NCBI RefSeq assembly: GCF_022539665.2
Contig: NC_081333.1
Location: forward strand, 7,812,001 to 7,876,000
From: Daphnia carinata
Taxonomy: Eukaryota
DNA: 64,000 nucleotides
Reading direction: 5' to 3'
How positions within the stretch are numbered: the first letter of the stretch is position 1; the number at the start of each line of letters is the position of its first letter. This document shows positions 27,701-44,340 of the stretch, piece after piece. A model generated the notes under the pieces. The model was given only the letters and a program-made list of their open reading frames with translations. It was not told the origin of the DNA and did not search any database. Made by a program: the position numbers and the translations under genes.

Positions 27701-30700
27701 CATTTATGTTTGAATATGAATAATTTCAAAAATAGAAATGTGTGCGATCGCCATAATATTTAAAGCGTAGCGCTATGAAAAGGAATCATTTACTGGTTTA
27801 TTCGATTTCAAGCACCGTATAGCCCCCCAGCGACTGTTATTACACGCCATTTGATAAATACAAGAGGAGTGGAGTGTACTAAAACAATCATTGCAGAACT
27901 ATTGAATAAGTGGTCGGCAAGTCGGAGGCTTCTGTTGCAAAATTCAGTCACAAAGGTGACGTAATTTTCTTTGTTATCGATTATAAAAATGGGATTTCTT
28001 TTCCTTCAGCTGACTAGGCCAACTCGTAACCATTTGTCAGGAAAGAAAATGAAAAAAAAAGAGATTAAAATACAGCCGATAGAACAAAAGTTGAACTGAT
28101 GGCTTATTCAAGTGAAAGTACTTTTACAAACGAATAACGCATACGCTAGAGACTTATTTCTGGCATGCCAACGACTCCCCGTTGAGTCGAATAGAAAATG
28201 GTTACGTCGAATCAACGGAGCGGCAATGACACGCTCGACACCCGGCCATCACAACTGCACACATACGACGACGAATTATCCGTTTTAAATAAGAGCTTAA
28301 CAGAAAAATTGGGAGGGAAATGATTCGACAGCATCAGAGCGTCCAGTAATGTATGGACATTGAATTCTATGAACAACATCTCTACCGGCAATATAGTTTG
28401 TGGCAGTAAAAAATTTATAAAGCCATAGGACAAATCGATGTGAATTCGTGGAACCACAGCGTTATATGAAATTATTGTGCTACGCATCAGTCTGCGTATG
28501 CCTTCGCGTGGTGTTCATAACAATTGAGAAAATGACTCTTGTAATTGATGGATGTGGGTTGTGTTGGGTTTGCGGTGCTACTATTCTCTTATCCTACACG
28601 ATGTCACTGAGCAGCCATTATCATCCGATATATTGGTTACAGGGGAGAGGAAAAACCAGAGAAAATAGAAGAAAACAACAACAACTACGAACTATACGAT
28701 GTTTTTTTTTTTTTATATGGAGAGTAGCCTACATTTATGCTTTGTAATATTGAGTGTAGGCTACTACTGTGTATACAGCGATGGAGCTGCAGGGCCAAGA
28801 CATGAGGAGGATAACAAACAGTGAAACGGGGCGTACGGAGGGGGGATGGAGAGAAAGGGAAACGGATCAATACATCCAGCATCCAGCAAAAGCAGCGACC
28901 CGGCAACACTCCCCTCCTAGAGCAAAGAGCAAGGACTTGTATGCGATGGCCGACTCTTTGCTCTATTGACGAGTTTTACATTTTGCGACGTGCCTGAATC
29001 AAGAGTGAAAAGATGGCAGACGAGGGGGGGGGATTAACATGCGGCAACACTCCATCATATCAAAAGGCATATGCGTAGAAGACAAAAGACATTCGCATTA
29101 TACGTTACGCTGAAATAACATTACAAACAAACATAAAATGAGGCGTATTATTGGAGTTTGTACCTCAATTGAATGCGGTGAAATTAAGTTTAAACTTCTT
29201 CCGTTTTATCTACTTGCATGGTGTCTCATATAATTCCATGGCTGGATCATGAACATTCTCTGAATTGGTTTCTGGATCGTACGACGGTCGTATGGTGGTA
29301 GGTAATAAACATTATAGCAACTCGTAGACGCAATACGACAGAGGCTAACTCAATTCCCAAGTTCACTGTATTCCAGCGGTGAACGTATCACAGCTGAAAT
29401 TCACGAATTTCTGCACGTTCGTCCAATATATCTGTCGACTGCTGTTGACATACAGTCAGGCAATCAACATCATTCCCAGATGTATGTAAATCTGCAGTAG
29501 GAAAGTTGTTTTTCATACTCGCTGCCATTCTTACCATGAAAATTGTTGAACAAGTTTGTGATGGCTTGCAGTTATGTCACCAACGGGCACGAGCAACGCT
29601 GATGTGGACGATGTATTGACATTTTGCTGGCTATTTATTCGTATCACGGCCAGACAGGATGCAGCCTAAACCAAGTGCGTTGGTGTTGATTGAATACACA
29701 CTCAATCCCATCGTGTGTGCAACAAAATAGTGGCCCAAGTGACATCCCAACCAGCGAATGGAAAAGTTGGACTACACAGAAGTTCTATCCAGCGAACAAT
29801 AACACAAAAATGCACCTTTTATGGTCAATAAAAGAATAGCCGAATAACGCAGTTCTCTTGGAGTGTATTATATCACTCAAAGAATATGGTCATTAAACGT
29901 AGAATGACGTCAGAGACGCTATAGTCTCTCCCTTTTTTATTTGAAAAAGGGGAGTTTTCAAAATCTAATCGGATTTGTTTGGCATTGGACAATCAGGGAA
30001 GAAGGTCGTAGAAATCTTTTTTATTTCATGTATTTCATCAGTTGGTTTAGACTATTGGGCTGTATTACTAACATAAACGATAAGTTGATTGTGTATTCGC
30101 AATGGAGTCGTATACACCACCACTCTGATACAGCGCCCGTAATCTGATAAGGCTTTTTCTTAAATAATCGAATGCCTCGACGGGTAATTACGACGAATAG
30201 TCCCCGTGTGTGTGTGTAACGTGTTGTCTTGCACGGCAATCCATCAATGGCAAACGTTGACCTCTAGATTTTCTCTTTCCCAACACGGACCAAACTTACT
30301 GCTATACGTAGCATCATAAGAATTGAAAGCTTCTCGGTGAAGTAGCAAAGGTAAGGCAGCTCGAAGGCTAATTTTGGTATAGCGAAAATGCTGCAAACAG
30401 AATAACTAGTGACGCTTTTAACAATCTCTCGTGTGACTATGCAAATGTAAGAATTTCATCAGCAACATCTTATACGAAGCTTTCTTTCAACCAAAAAGCC
30501 TGGATCGTCAAGGATTCATTTAAAAAACAACCATAAGCTCAATCATTCATCCCAGTTCTCTTAGCACTATTATTAAAGCGCCATAATTCGACCAAGTGAA
30601 TTGTATGCAGAATTGTTTGGCGAGGATCGGGCCATATAGCCTAGTTCATCGCTATCAAGGCAAACCACTCGAAGTATAATCACCGCCTGCGAGATTTCCC

Positions 30701-32367
30701 AATAAGTATAGCCTATTAGAGAAATGCTGATTGGATGACAGAAAAACCCCCAACCCTTATTCTTCATTTTATGTTCCATCAACGAGAAAAAGAAGAGCCT
30801 GATGCATGAATGAGAAAGCCATTCGATGTATGTATAACAGCCAAAGCGATTTACAAATGAAAGAACTGTGTTTCCTCCGGCAGCGCTCTGCCTTTGCCAA
30901 AGAGGGGTTCGAAACCAATAAAAGAAAATCAATAAAGAAAAGAAGTGTGCCTAGAGCTGTGTTCAAGTGGCGTGAGTATATATAGCAGAAGAATAAGAGC
31001 CCCCTCTATCGTCCAACTATACTCTCCCGGCGGCTGTTTCACGACAGCACAAGCTTCAAAAATCTTGATTGGCATCGTCAGTCTTCGCTCTTTTCCTATC
31101 GTTATGTTGTATATGGAACTCCTGCGGCCTTCTGTGTGTTTCTACATGCATTCGATCCGACGATGGAAAGAGCGATTTTCCTTGTTTTTCTTCTTCTTCT
31201 TCTTCTTCTTCGTCTCATTTTTCTTTCTTTGGCTCTCTCGTCCCGAGCATCTCAATTTTCTTTTTGTACGGCAACCTTTTTTTTTCGTTTTCTCCGGTTA
31301 GGTTGTCGACGAGGAGGGAAGAACCTGCGTCGTCGACTTAGAGCGTCGATGCAAGCCGCATTGCTATTGGCTGTCGCTTGCGCTGCATGATGGAGCAAGA
31401 AAAGGATGCAGGGGAGCTCGCCGATCAATACATTCTGCAGCAGCAGGTTTCTCATATCTGCCTGTCTTCCATTTTTTTTTTTTTTACTCTCATCGACCAG
31501 CAGCTACACGAGCTACGGCTACTGCGTAGTTTCTTCCGCTCCCTTGGCAATCCTTCTGTGACTCCATTTTCCCCCTTCGAAACTCCTCATCTTCAATCCG
31601 TACACACACCACGTATATTTTTATACATGTTTAATGAACGGACTACGTATTAGGACTTGCCTCTTAAGTAGTACATGTACATAAGACGGAGAGACGTCAT
31701 CAACCCATGTTTTCCCGTAACGCTATACATACAGGGCGTGTGTTCTCAGAGTTTGCACAATGTTAATGTCCGTATGATTTTTGGGCTGATTGATTCTAGT
31801 CGGCAGAAGACAAGTCGATTTATTTCCAGTTTTTTTTTTTTTGCAGATGAACAAAGAAGGCTTCCTTTTTCTTTTAAATAAAGCAGCAATGTGAGCCTTA
31901 TGACTTACTAGTGTATAATACGCATGGATTCGTAGAAGATAGCCATCGGCTAGGAAAACTGGCCGCATCTTTTAAAGTCATCGTATCTTTTCACGATGTT
32001 CACATTATGTTGTACACACGGATGGCCTAAGACTACCGTGCGGGGGAGGTTTTCGTATATTGACGTCTAGAAAAACTAATACGCCAAATATATACATCAA
32101 CAATATGTATGTAAAAGGAAAAGTTACATTGATGTGAGATTGAACTGAAACTGTTACGTGGATTTCAGCGAAAGCTCACGTGAAGGAGTAGAAATGAATG
32201 TTTGAACTATAATCTGGTCATCTATACAAAATGACATATGCTCACACACGACTAGGTTATACGTAGGGCAGATTATGTGCCACTAGGAAAATAACACATG
32301 AAAGAAAAATGAAGCTTTTCTCAGACGATTAAAATGAACCAAAAATGTTTTAGTTTTCCAGATTATT

Positions 32368-35300
32368 TTAGTCGGATTCGTTGCCGGATTTCAAGTAAGC
32401 GCTCGTGTTCATCATCAAATCTTCAGATTCATCGTCAGCACTGCTGTTGCTATCGTCTGTCTGACTGATCACAGCAGCATTACCGGTGCGTGACAAATTT
32501 AGAACTTGATCCTCGTTGCTGGCACTGCTCTCACTTCCGCCACTGGCTTTACTCATAGGTACCCGGTGATCCTGAACTCCATTCCTGTCGCAACACACGC
32601 ATACATAACATAGCATTTAATGAATATACATGAACAATATTTATTATATGCTTCGTGTGTTGGTCACTTGCACCGACAGCGCACAATCGCATTTTTTTAC
32701 CGGCCAAAAATCTCTGCCAATTCTATAAGGAACTTTTAATGGATCTTTTTGTCCCAACGCGTAACACAATTTCATCAGAATAAGAAAAGAACTATTCATG
32801 CTCCGGTGAAATGCAATTCTGTGTTGTCTAGAATCTTTTGAACGGACAAAAAGAATGCGGCCGGGGATTTGCGGTTCATTGGTTTCAGCGTAAGTACATA
32901 AAACTAGCATACGGTTGCCTATCGTTAATGTAACCATCGAATGTACTTTTAGAAGTCGTTGATCGCTTTTTTCCCTAGCTTATCCATCAATCGATTGAAT
33001 TGTGCCAATAAAAAAAATTGTGAGAAATACTCACTCAGAAGGGGAGGCCAGAAGCAGAGCTTCAGTTCTGTTCGGAGTGGAATCCAAGCAGCCGAATGGT
33101 GACGGGCCCGTTCCAGCGCTTCCAGCTGAAGTTCACACGACAACAATACAAAGAAGTGGCTCAATTAGATTGGTTGTGTGTGTGTGTGTGTATAGTGGGC
33201 GTGTTGAGAATTTCATCGTTTCTAGTTGCACGTTACGCGGGTTAAGTTAAACTTTAGGGTTGTGCGTGTTCCCATTTGTAATTTTGACTAGAGTTTAAGG
33301 ATTGAGAGCCACCTATCAACAACATTCATACCAACAGGAACAGGATCGTATCCACAATGGCCAAATTTTTGTTCGAAAGTCGGGCTTAAAAAGTCGGGCT
33401 TAAAAAGTCGGGCTTAAATTTTAGCTTTTTTTTTTTACTTATTATATAGAAAACCATGCATGATTCCGGTTTTAAATTATACGAGGATCATGAAATCATC
33501 ATCTACTTTGCTTTTACGTAAGGCTAATAGTTTTTGAGTTATTCGAATTAATAGATGTGGGGCTTAAGGCAATTTGATTCTGTTTTGTTAGAAAAATTTA
33601 CCTAACTAACGCATTGTCTATAAATGAAAGGGGGTCATATTCAGTAGCTAGTGCCCTAAAAATTCATCAATTCTAAAATAAAATATCGGTTCGATCTGGA
33701 ATTAATGTTAAACATGTTAAAGCGAGAAGTGAATCCAAATTTACCTGGGAGAGATGGTAAGGAAAGCCACGGTAAGCCTAAATTGAATCCAAGCTGCAGA
33801 TACCTGACACGCGAAATATGAACATTAAAAACTGTTTTAGGTTTTCATTTGGCATCAATGATACCTCAGTGCTGGCCGTTGCCAATGGTCCGTTGACTGT
33901 TGATGTTGTTGAGTTCGGGACCATTGCATCCGGGCTGTTTTGCGCCTGTAAATGCAAATCTGGAGTTAGCTGAGTATAAAAGTATTCCTATTTAACTATG
34001 TTTAGTTGATCTTTACCATTTTGCTCGTCGATTTTGAAACCAGACCTGTGATAGAGAAAGAAATGTTCAGAGCATCAATCAAAGCTATTCAAGTTATAGG
34101 ATTCAATAACTGCAACCTTGTAGTATGCATAGTATAGTTTATAAACAATAAGCCAATGAGGTGGATTAATCTTTCGCACAAGTTTTGAAATGAAACTAAT
34201 TTGTGCGTAGGGAAATGTTGTGTTGGTTGATACGTATTCGAACGAGCTTAAACTTTGCAGTTATTCTATCCCTAAATCACAGTGCCAATACAACGAGAAG
34301 TCGAAAAGGATTGAATTGAATCAGATGCTTAGTTCAAAGCTTTCGATTGTATGGATAGTACGTAGTATGGGAAAACAATGAAGATATTCAGTTGATATAT
34401 GATTCGTCAATACAGATGTAGCAACAATGGTAAGATGCATTTTCATCAACCGCCGCACTTGCTATAGTGCATTCAACAATTGCGTCCATGAAAGGCGATG
34501 TGCAATCGGATTCGAGACAGCATACATCTCAGGTCTTAATAGTATGATTAAATTTCGTCGATCTTGTATTCGTCCCAAAGTCAGGACATTGGGATATTGT
34601 TTGACATCCATAATTCCGAATGCTTGATGATGATTTGATAATTGCATTCATGGCTCTATGAAACGTCAATTAGGGCTGGCATATCTCCTTTTCAATATGG
34701 GAAATTTAGTTTGTCTGCTATAAAAATATTAACTTTCTTTTTTAAATGTCTCAAAAGTAATTAAGCTTTTTGTCAGCTTCCACGAAACGAAAGGACTATG
34801 TAACTGAAAAAATTTGTGGTGATTTTCTTCGGCCAAGTTTCCTCTTAATTTGAATAAATTTCGCTTGGCCATCGTTGAACTGATTGAAATCGTTTGAACT
34901 GATTTCCTATATGTTTTAACTTTAATCTTGTTTACAGAGGAACTAAAAATACCTGCACGCGTGCTTCGGTTAGCCCTGTTCGGGATGCCACGTCTTCTCG
35001 ATGAATTCTGCGAAAATGTAAGTAATTTGTTAGTTAATAATATCATCTACAAGAAAATCAAATTCTATTTACACATCTGGGTAACGGGTCTTCTGAAAAA
35101 GCGATTCTAGCTCTTGGAGCTGTTGCGGAGAAAATGTTGTCCGATTCCTCCTCTGAAAATGCCAAGTGAATAAATTGGCAATAGCAAAAAATGTTTATGC
35201 ACAACGTACACCTAGAACAAGAGTAATTTTGCAATGAAGAAAATCTAACCTGTCGTCTTCGTCCTGACATGTAGTCATCGACCAATTCCGGATCGATATG

Positions 35301-35402
35301 CTGAAATCTGGTCAGCAGGTGGTCTTCCATCCGGCTCATGTTGCTGCTGTTAAGGAGAACGGACGTTGCTACAGCCACTGACGGTGGTGGCGATATGGAC
35401 AT
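32368..35402 (-). CDS. PRD-class Q50 paired-like homeobox protein (most similar from memory to the CG11294 family; Drgx/Arx-like also possible); 8 exons, ~254 aa
   Basis: Exons 35402-35250, 35152-35073, 35007-34953, 34045-34017, 33945-33865, 33803-33745, 33125-33035 and 32584-32368 are all GT-AG and phase-consistent (765 nt). They splice to give [60 protein letters not shown]. Confidence 0.92.
33376..33417 (+). repeat. 3 x 14-bp tandem repeat AAAGTCGGGCTTAA in homeobox intron 6, probably part of a transposon fragment
   Basis: Three perfect copies. The same AGTCGGGCTTA core recurs as a 3 x 14-bp array at 46649-46689 in the opposite orientation. Confidence 0.75.
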
Positions 35403-36913
35403 TCCTCTATAGTAAACTAGCGACACCTTCGTTGATTGATTTACTGCTTTTCGATATTGGGTTTCGAGATTGAATCAACAACCCGAACTGCGTTCAGGTC
35501 AAAGAACGGACAGAGTGAGCAGCCTTCGAGTTGTTGGCATCTCTTTTATAAGCAGAGGACAGCTAAGAATGGATGATGAGGATGACGAGTCTCGTACCCC
35601 GTTAGATTTCGTAGATATTCATCAATGTTCCAGCTCTATGAACCATAGCCTGCTGAACCTGAAACACGAACACAATCCCTTCCCATTCCTCCTATAGTTC
35701 TCTATTGTCTCTTTGCCCGATGAAGAGGATTTCAATTCATAGTCAACACAACAAACACAACAAACAACAAACCACCCTTCCTCCCCCCCTACCCCCCTGC
35801 AGCAAAGCCGAAACAGCAGCTTTTTCAACGATATTCCTATATAGTACACGCGCTTTATAATTAATATGGACCGAAAAGGAAAAGTCATTGATGAGCGAGG
35901 CATCTATATCTGTCAAAAGAAGCTATTCTTTTCTTTCTTTTTTTTTCAGACATTATTCCCACTCCTATTCTAATGTAACGCCCTACCGATCTGTGTGCCC
36001 GCGGTGTGAGGTATATAATATTCATCAAGGTTTTGTTCCCCTTATGGGCTGGTTTTTGCGTCTATATACGCATGTAATTGGACAAATTAGTCCGCTTTCT
36101 ATATCAACCCCGTTTTTTTTTCTTCATATGCACTCGGTATTGAAGGCAAGGGCGTATAGTTTGGTACATAGGGAACTTTCGATCCATTGTTGAGTTCGAA
36201 GAAATGAACCAACGATTCAGACAGATGTTGAATCACATCCCATCCCTCTTTATTTCTCTTTTCTCTTTTGCTCTCTTTTTTTTTGTTAGCTGTTGTAATA
36301 TTGGTGGCGCAAAAAATATCACGGGCTTCCTGTGTTTGGCGACACCAAACGCGGATCTTTCACAAAAGAAAACAAAACACCAAAGCTGTCAAACTCATCA
36401 CGAGTTGGATCATTCCGTGTTGCGCTTCTTTTTAATTATCGTCATTCGCCTCTTGATGTCTTTTGTGTGTACAGAGTTATCTTTGTGATGAACCTAGTGT
36501 TGAACAACAATGGTGGAAAGATCAATTAGTTAATGCAGCATGTCTGTACCATTGCTATGTATATTGTTACGATTCGGACCCTTTCCTCCCAGACTTCATT
36601 GAAAGGTTGGTTTCCTATCTCGGTGAGGATTTCGTCCATTTGACTAACAAGAAAGTTGATAGACCGTAAGTCTGTTCAATTTCTAACTTAAGATAATTCC
36701 GAGTTGTTGCTTTTGTGTTTGCTTGCTTTGTCTTAGCGTTTGCATTGTGCCCTTGTGACAAGGTTGTCAATGGAACAACACACAGAGGCGAGCGAGAAAT
36801 GAACAAAATAAATAAATCTTTGAGACATTCGTGTTCAAAACAATCGTCGACATTCAATTTGCTGTTAATGTGAAAACAAAATAATAATAATAAAAAAAAA
36901 CTTGAAGCAATCT

Positions 36914-38730
36914 CTAGCGTGGCATGTCAATGGAAAGGTCGGCGACAACATAGGCCGCAGCTGCCCAGAGAGCTGTGCACATGTCGAGATTCGTAGGATC
37001 CTCTACTGTCATACGGTCGCCTTGGCTATGGTGGTACCAAAAATAACGTTCGTTGGCGTTGAGCAACGCAGCCCCTGGGATTCCGATGTTAGTGAAAAAC
37101 TCAATATCCGGACCACCGTCCATTGGGGAAGCGAACTGAGTAGCGTTCAAAGGGCGCATCAGTTTCAAGATTTCCTTTAAGATACAACCGGCTTCGCTGC
37201 TGCCAGAGAATGAGAGGCCAAGCGGCTGAAAAGTTCCCTCGTCCGACTCCATTACGAAATCAAATGCAGCAGTGTTATTACGGTGATCGTGAAAATATGC
37301 AGCTGCCCCAACCAAACCTTCCTCCTCAGCTGTCCATAATATAGAACGTAAAGTTCGACGAGGACGTAAACCAAGCACCTTAAGTAAAGCCAGGGCGTTC
37401 CACGAGATGAAAGCACCTCCTCCGTCTTAAAAGGTTTCAACAACGAACAACAACATGAAAAAAATATCAGTCAAATGCCCCTGTTCATCTTAATAAGTCT
37501 TTCTCACCGTCCATAGCTCCTTGGCCAACATCCCAACTATCCAAATGTCCAGAAACAATGACCACTTTTTCCGGATGCTGATGACCTGTGATTTCACCTA
37601 TGGTGTTACGAGACATGACAGGAGGTAAATTGCGCGCCTCCATGTATAGATAAATCAAAATATCGTCGCCTGCTTGGTACATCCGCTGCAACGTTTCCGC
37701 CATTTCGATACTAATAGCTGCCGTTGGTATCTGAGTTACGTTTTCTTGATAGTGTTGCCATCCAGTGTGCTGAATAATAGAATGGATAAACTAACTTGTC
37801 AAAACCAGGAATTTTCAGTACCGACCGGGGAATCGATAGAGAAGGGAGTAACTGATCGAATCAAGGTGGCAACAGCTCCCAGCTTGGCGGCTTCAATGGC
37901 TCCATAACCACGGTATTTCACCGTTTTCTCATAAGAAATATATGGCTCGTTGAAAACCACAATTTTACCATCGACCTGATATCCAAACACGGCATTATAC
38001 AAGACTTTTATATATTAAATAAGCAAATAAAAAAGTAAAATACACAAATTAATGAATAAAAAACAACAAAAACAAGCAAACAAACAAAGAAAAAAAACCC
38101 AAAAAACAAATAAAAACAAAATCCATAAAAAACGAACAAACAGAGAGTTCTCACCACTTCTCCAAGTTTTGTAAGTTCTTCAAAACTCTCAACAACAACA
38201 GCATGTGCAGTTATGCCTTTGGCTGGAGTTCCTATGCTTGACCCCAAACCAAGGATGCTCAACTTCTCTAGACGAGGAGAGACCATCCAGCATGATTCTT
38301 TTCCTCTGACCCATTTAGGGACAAGTGCTGGCTCTGTATGAACATTGTCTAACTGATTTTTTTTCAAAAGATCAACCATGTAATCAATAGAATTTTCTAA
38401 GTTGTCAGACCCAGCTATTCTAGAGCCAAATTTGTCTACAAATCTGGCCAATGTTCTCCACGTTCTTTTCTTGAAAATTCCATTGACTGATGCGTTGATG
38501 ATTCCTTCAACGATTGGTTTATAACGCGAAATTTCTTCGGCTAATTCACCAGGGAGATTACATTCGTCGCGTAAAATAGAATTCGAAAGACTGCTTGTAC
38601 TTCGGTTAAACGTTTTTTTAGGATCAAGCTTATTGGTAAATCCTACAAACCCATTTTTCTTGCCGGCTGCGTCAATATTTGCCACACTGAAACATATAAT
38701 AAGCAAAGACAGAATCACGTTTAAACCCAT
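36914..38730 (-). CDS. CPQ: Carboxypeptidase Q (plasma glutamate carboxypeptidase, M28 family), secreted; 4 exons, ~499 aa
   Basis: Signal peptide, LARFVDKFGSRIAGS, SGHLDSWDVGQGAMDDGGG, WTAEEEGLVG, MESDEG and YHHSQGD motifs. Exons 38730-38155, 37975-37826, 37769-37508 and 37425-36914 total 1500 nt. Confidence 0.95.
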
Positions 38731-39118
38731 TATTTTTTTTTCGAACTAACGACCAACTGATGTCAACAATCGTTCAGGTGATCGACCAGGGGGCGTTGCC
38801 AATTTGAAGAGCTAGTTAGCAGCTAACTAGTAAGAGCTAGTTTTTCAGTAACGAATTCATTTTAAAATTGTCTAATTTAACAAATAAGAACAGAAAATTT
38901 CAAGCAAAAAAGTCTTCAGAAAAATTAGTTTAAAACATAAAATCAATATTTGAAATAAGAGTTCTCAGGTGGCGCTAGTTGTAGATCGAATGATTCTTAT
39001 CGTTTATTTACGTCATCATAACGTTATACAGATCTTACCAGTTGAATACTTGATAAGGAATCACGAACTTCTAGAACAACAAGAGTAACAGGATTCTGTT
39101 ATTACCGTTTTGGTAAAC

Positions 39119-40106
39119 ATGGCGTCAACGACTAACCGCCGAACATCATTTTCCATTAATGCTGCTATTCGAAATTTTAATTCGACACTGTAAGTTTTGA
39201 TGAAGCCGTACAAAATTGGCGAAATTTCATTATTCACAAACTTTCGCATTTACAGAGAGCCCGGAATTCAGCATCATCTTAAACAAGTTTACACTTGTTT
39301 GACTATGTCAACTTTATCAGCAGCTGTGGGAGCTTATGTTCATCTATTCACCAACATCTTGTCTGGAAACTTCCTTACATCATTTGTGGCAATTGGATTT
39401 TTGTTGACTCTGTTTGCCACTCCTGATGAAAGTGGGAAAAATGCCAAAACAAGGATTGGTTTGTTATTGGGATTTTCATTCTGTACTGGTATGTTATGTT
39501 CTTGTTAAAAAAAAAGGTAATTGTTGGGTTCTCATATAGTTCACATTTAAAACCAAAACAGGTTTAGGACTTGGGCCCCTGCTGGATACAGTAATTCGCA
39601 TCAATCCGGCAATCATTTCCACAGCCTTCTTATCAACTGCTCTGATTTTCACTTGCTTCTCTCTCTGTGCCCTATTATCACCTCGTGGACAATACTTGTT
39701 TCTTGGAGCACCACTGCTCTCAATTTTTTCATTGCTGAGCATTCTTTTCTTGGCAAATATTTTCATTGGATCAGTCCTGGTTTTTCAGGTATAGTCCAGT
39801 TCGCCAAAAGATGAAACAAGATTTACAATTTTTATTTGATAGGCCTACCTGTACTTGGGATTTGCCGTCATGTGTGGATTTGTTCTATATGATACTCAAT
39901 TGATCATTGAAAAACGCCGCATCGGAGACAAGGATTACGTTTGGCATTCAGTAGACCTATTCATCGACTTCGTCAATATTTTCCGGTATCTCCTGATCAT
40001 TCTTGCTCAGAAGGTAAGATGATGTTGGAAGGAATTCAGATTTGATATGCTCAAGCTAATTCTTTTTCTTTAGGAAGACAACCAGAGCAAGAAGCGCAAG
40101 AACTAA
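39119..40106 (+). CDS. TMBIM6: Bax inhibitor-1 (TMBIM6/TEGT); 5 exons, ~244 aa
   Basis: [13 protein letters not shown]...[46 protein letters not shown] and a basic C-terminus (KKRKN). Exons 39119-39189, 39256-39488, 39562-39788, 39843-40013 and 40074-40106 total 735 nt. Confidence 0.95.
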
Positions 40107-40317
40107 AAAAAGAAAAAATGCCTGGATGGATTAATGGGTAAATCCTGTTGATAAACAGCAAAAAAAAAAAAAATAATAATGAAATATATGAAATTAATTA
40201 GCGAACAGGTATTGTTTCCCTGCCTCTGAGCATATGTGTGTTTATTGATAACGAAATATCCGATAATACAAAGTTAACCGAAATGCATGTCTTCGTTATC
40301 TGTATTTACTTCCACAA

Positions 40318-43401
<3,084 letters not shown>

Positions 43402-44166
43402 GTTAACGTAAATAAATTCAAATGTCTAGTAGTCGGAGAAAGAATTGTATCACACAGTAGAACACGTGGATTCAGAAAATCAGTCCAAAACTTACGTACT
43501 AATGCGAATGGCAAAGGAGATGCGCTAAAGTGTAAACTTCAAATGTCAAAACTTCGCAGATAGGAATCGGCCCCGATTGGCTCTAATCGGGGTCGCCGCC
43601 CCTTCCCCGAAACCCCGTCGCCCTTCTAAAAGATGACTATTGTTGCAGTTTCAGCGTTTCAGGAGAAATATCGGATGGGCGAGTAGAATGAGGCATAATT
43701 GAGGTAGTAATCGAGATGATCGGGGCGAAAAATTCATATAGTTAGATATATTGAACAAAGTGAAATTTCATTAACGTGGTAACACAAGACCAGCGCTGAT
43801 TTGGTCCAATTATCCTTTTTTCGGTGCTGGCGATGCGAGACGCTGGACTGAAGCTGATTGGAGCTGAGCCCAAGAGCTGTCAAGTGCCAACATTGATATA
43901 GTTCATACCATCTCTGGTTCATACTCGCATAAGTTCGTGGATAATAGACATTGACAATATCTTAGGTAAAACGCTATGGCAATACTTAAGCTCTTAGGAA
44001 ATATTGTAAAAAATGTCTAAAGAGTGAACCTTTTAAAGAAACCTAGGAGTATAGCCATAGACATTTCAGAGTTATATTTGCATACCACTGCCTTCATACG
44101 ATACCGGTGTTCTGATAAGGCAACCACGGTGACGGCAATTAGTAATTATCTCCTCCGTGATTTGCG

Positions 44167-44340
44167 TCACTCTTACACCATTCTTGCACCACTCTTACAC
44201 TACTCTTACACCATTCGTACATCACACTCTTACACCACCCTTACATCGATCTTACACCACTCTTAGACCACTCTTACACCTAACATATACCACTCATATA
44301 CCACTCTTATACCACTCTTATACCACTCTTACACTACCCT
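44167..44340 (+). repeat. Degenerate ~11-bp minisatellite (CACCACTCTTA)n
   Basis: About 14-15 imperfect tandem copies, directly visible between the NSUN2 and EcKL starts. Confidence 0.85.

Noticed and set aside
29262..29300. WD40-like peptide ELVSGSYDGRMVV
   Set aside because: Closely bounded by stop codons with no further repeats; probably chance.
30433..30444. 12-nt match (TTGCATAGTCAC, minus strand) to the 5' end of miR-153
   Set aside because: The rest of the mature sequence diverges and there is no upstream complementary arm.
220..32000. Dozens of 60-180 aa ORFs in the ORF track outside the bHLH exons
   Set aside because: Low-complexity F/K/C-V-rich translations of homopolymers and microsatellites, mostly with non-ATG starts and no recognisable domains or consistent splice structure.
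34462..34647. Intronic ORF with QAF...KQYPNVLT, faintly like a homeodomain loop
   Set aside because: No helix-3 motif or usable splice context; the complete homeodomain is already explained by the flanking exons.
38008..38154. Very hydrophobic C-terminal tail of ORF 38008-38730, resembling a transmembrane anchor
   Set aside because: It is read-through into the T-rich first intron of CPQ; the donor is at 38154.
43700..43709. let-7-like TGAGGTAGTA
   Set aside because: Only 10 nt match, with no precursor hairpin evident.
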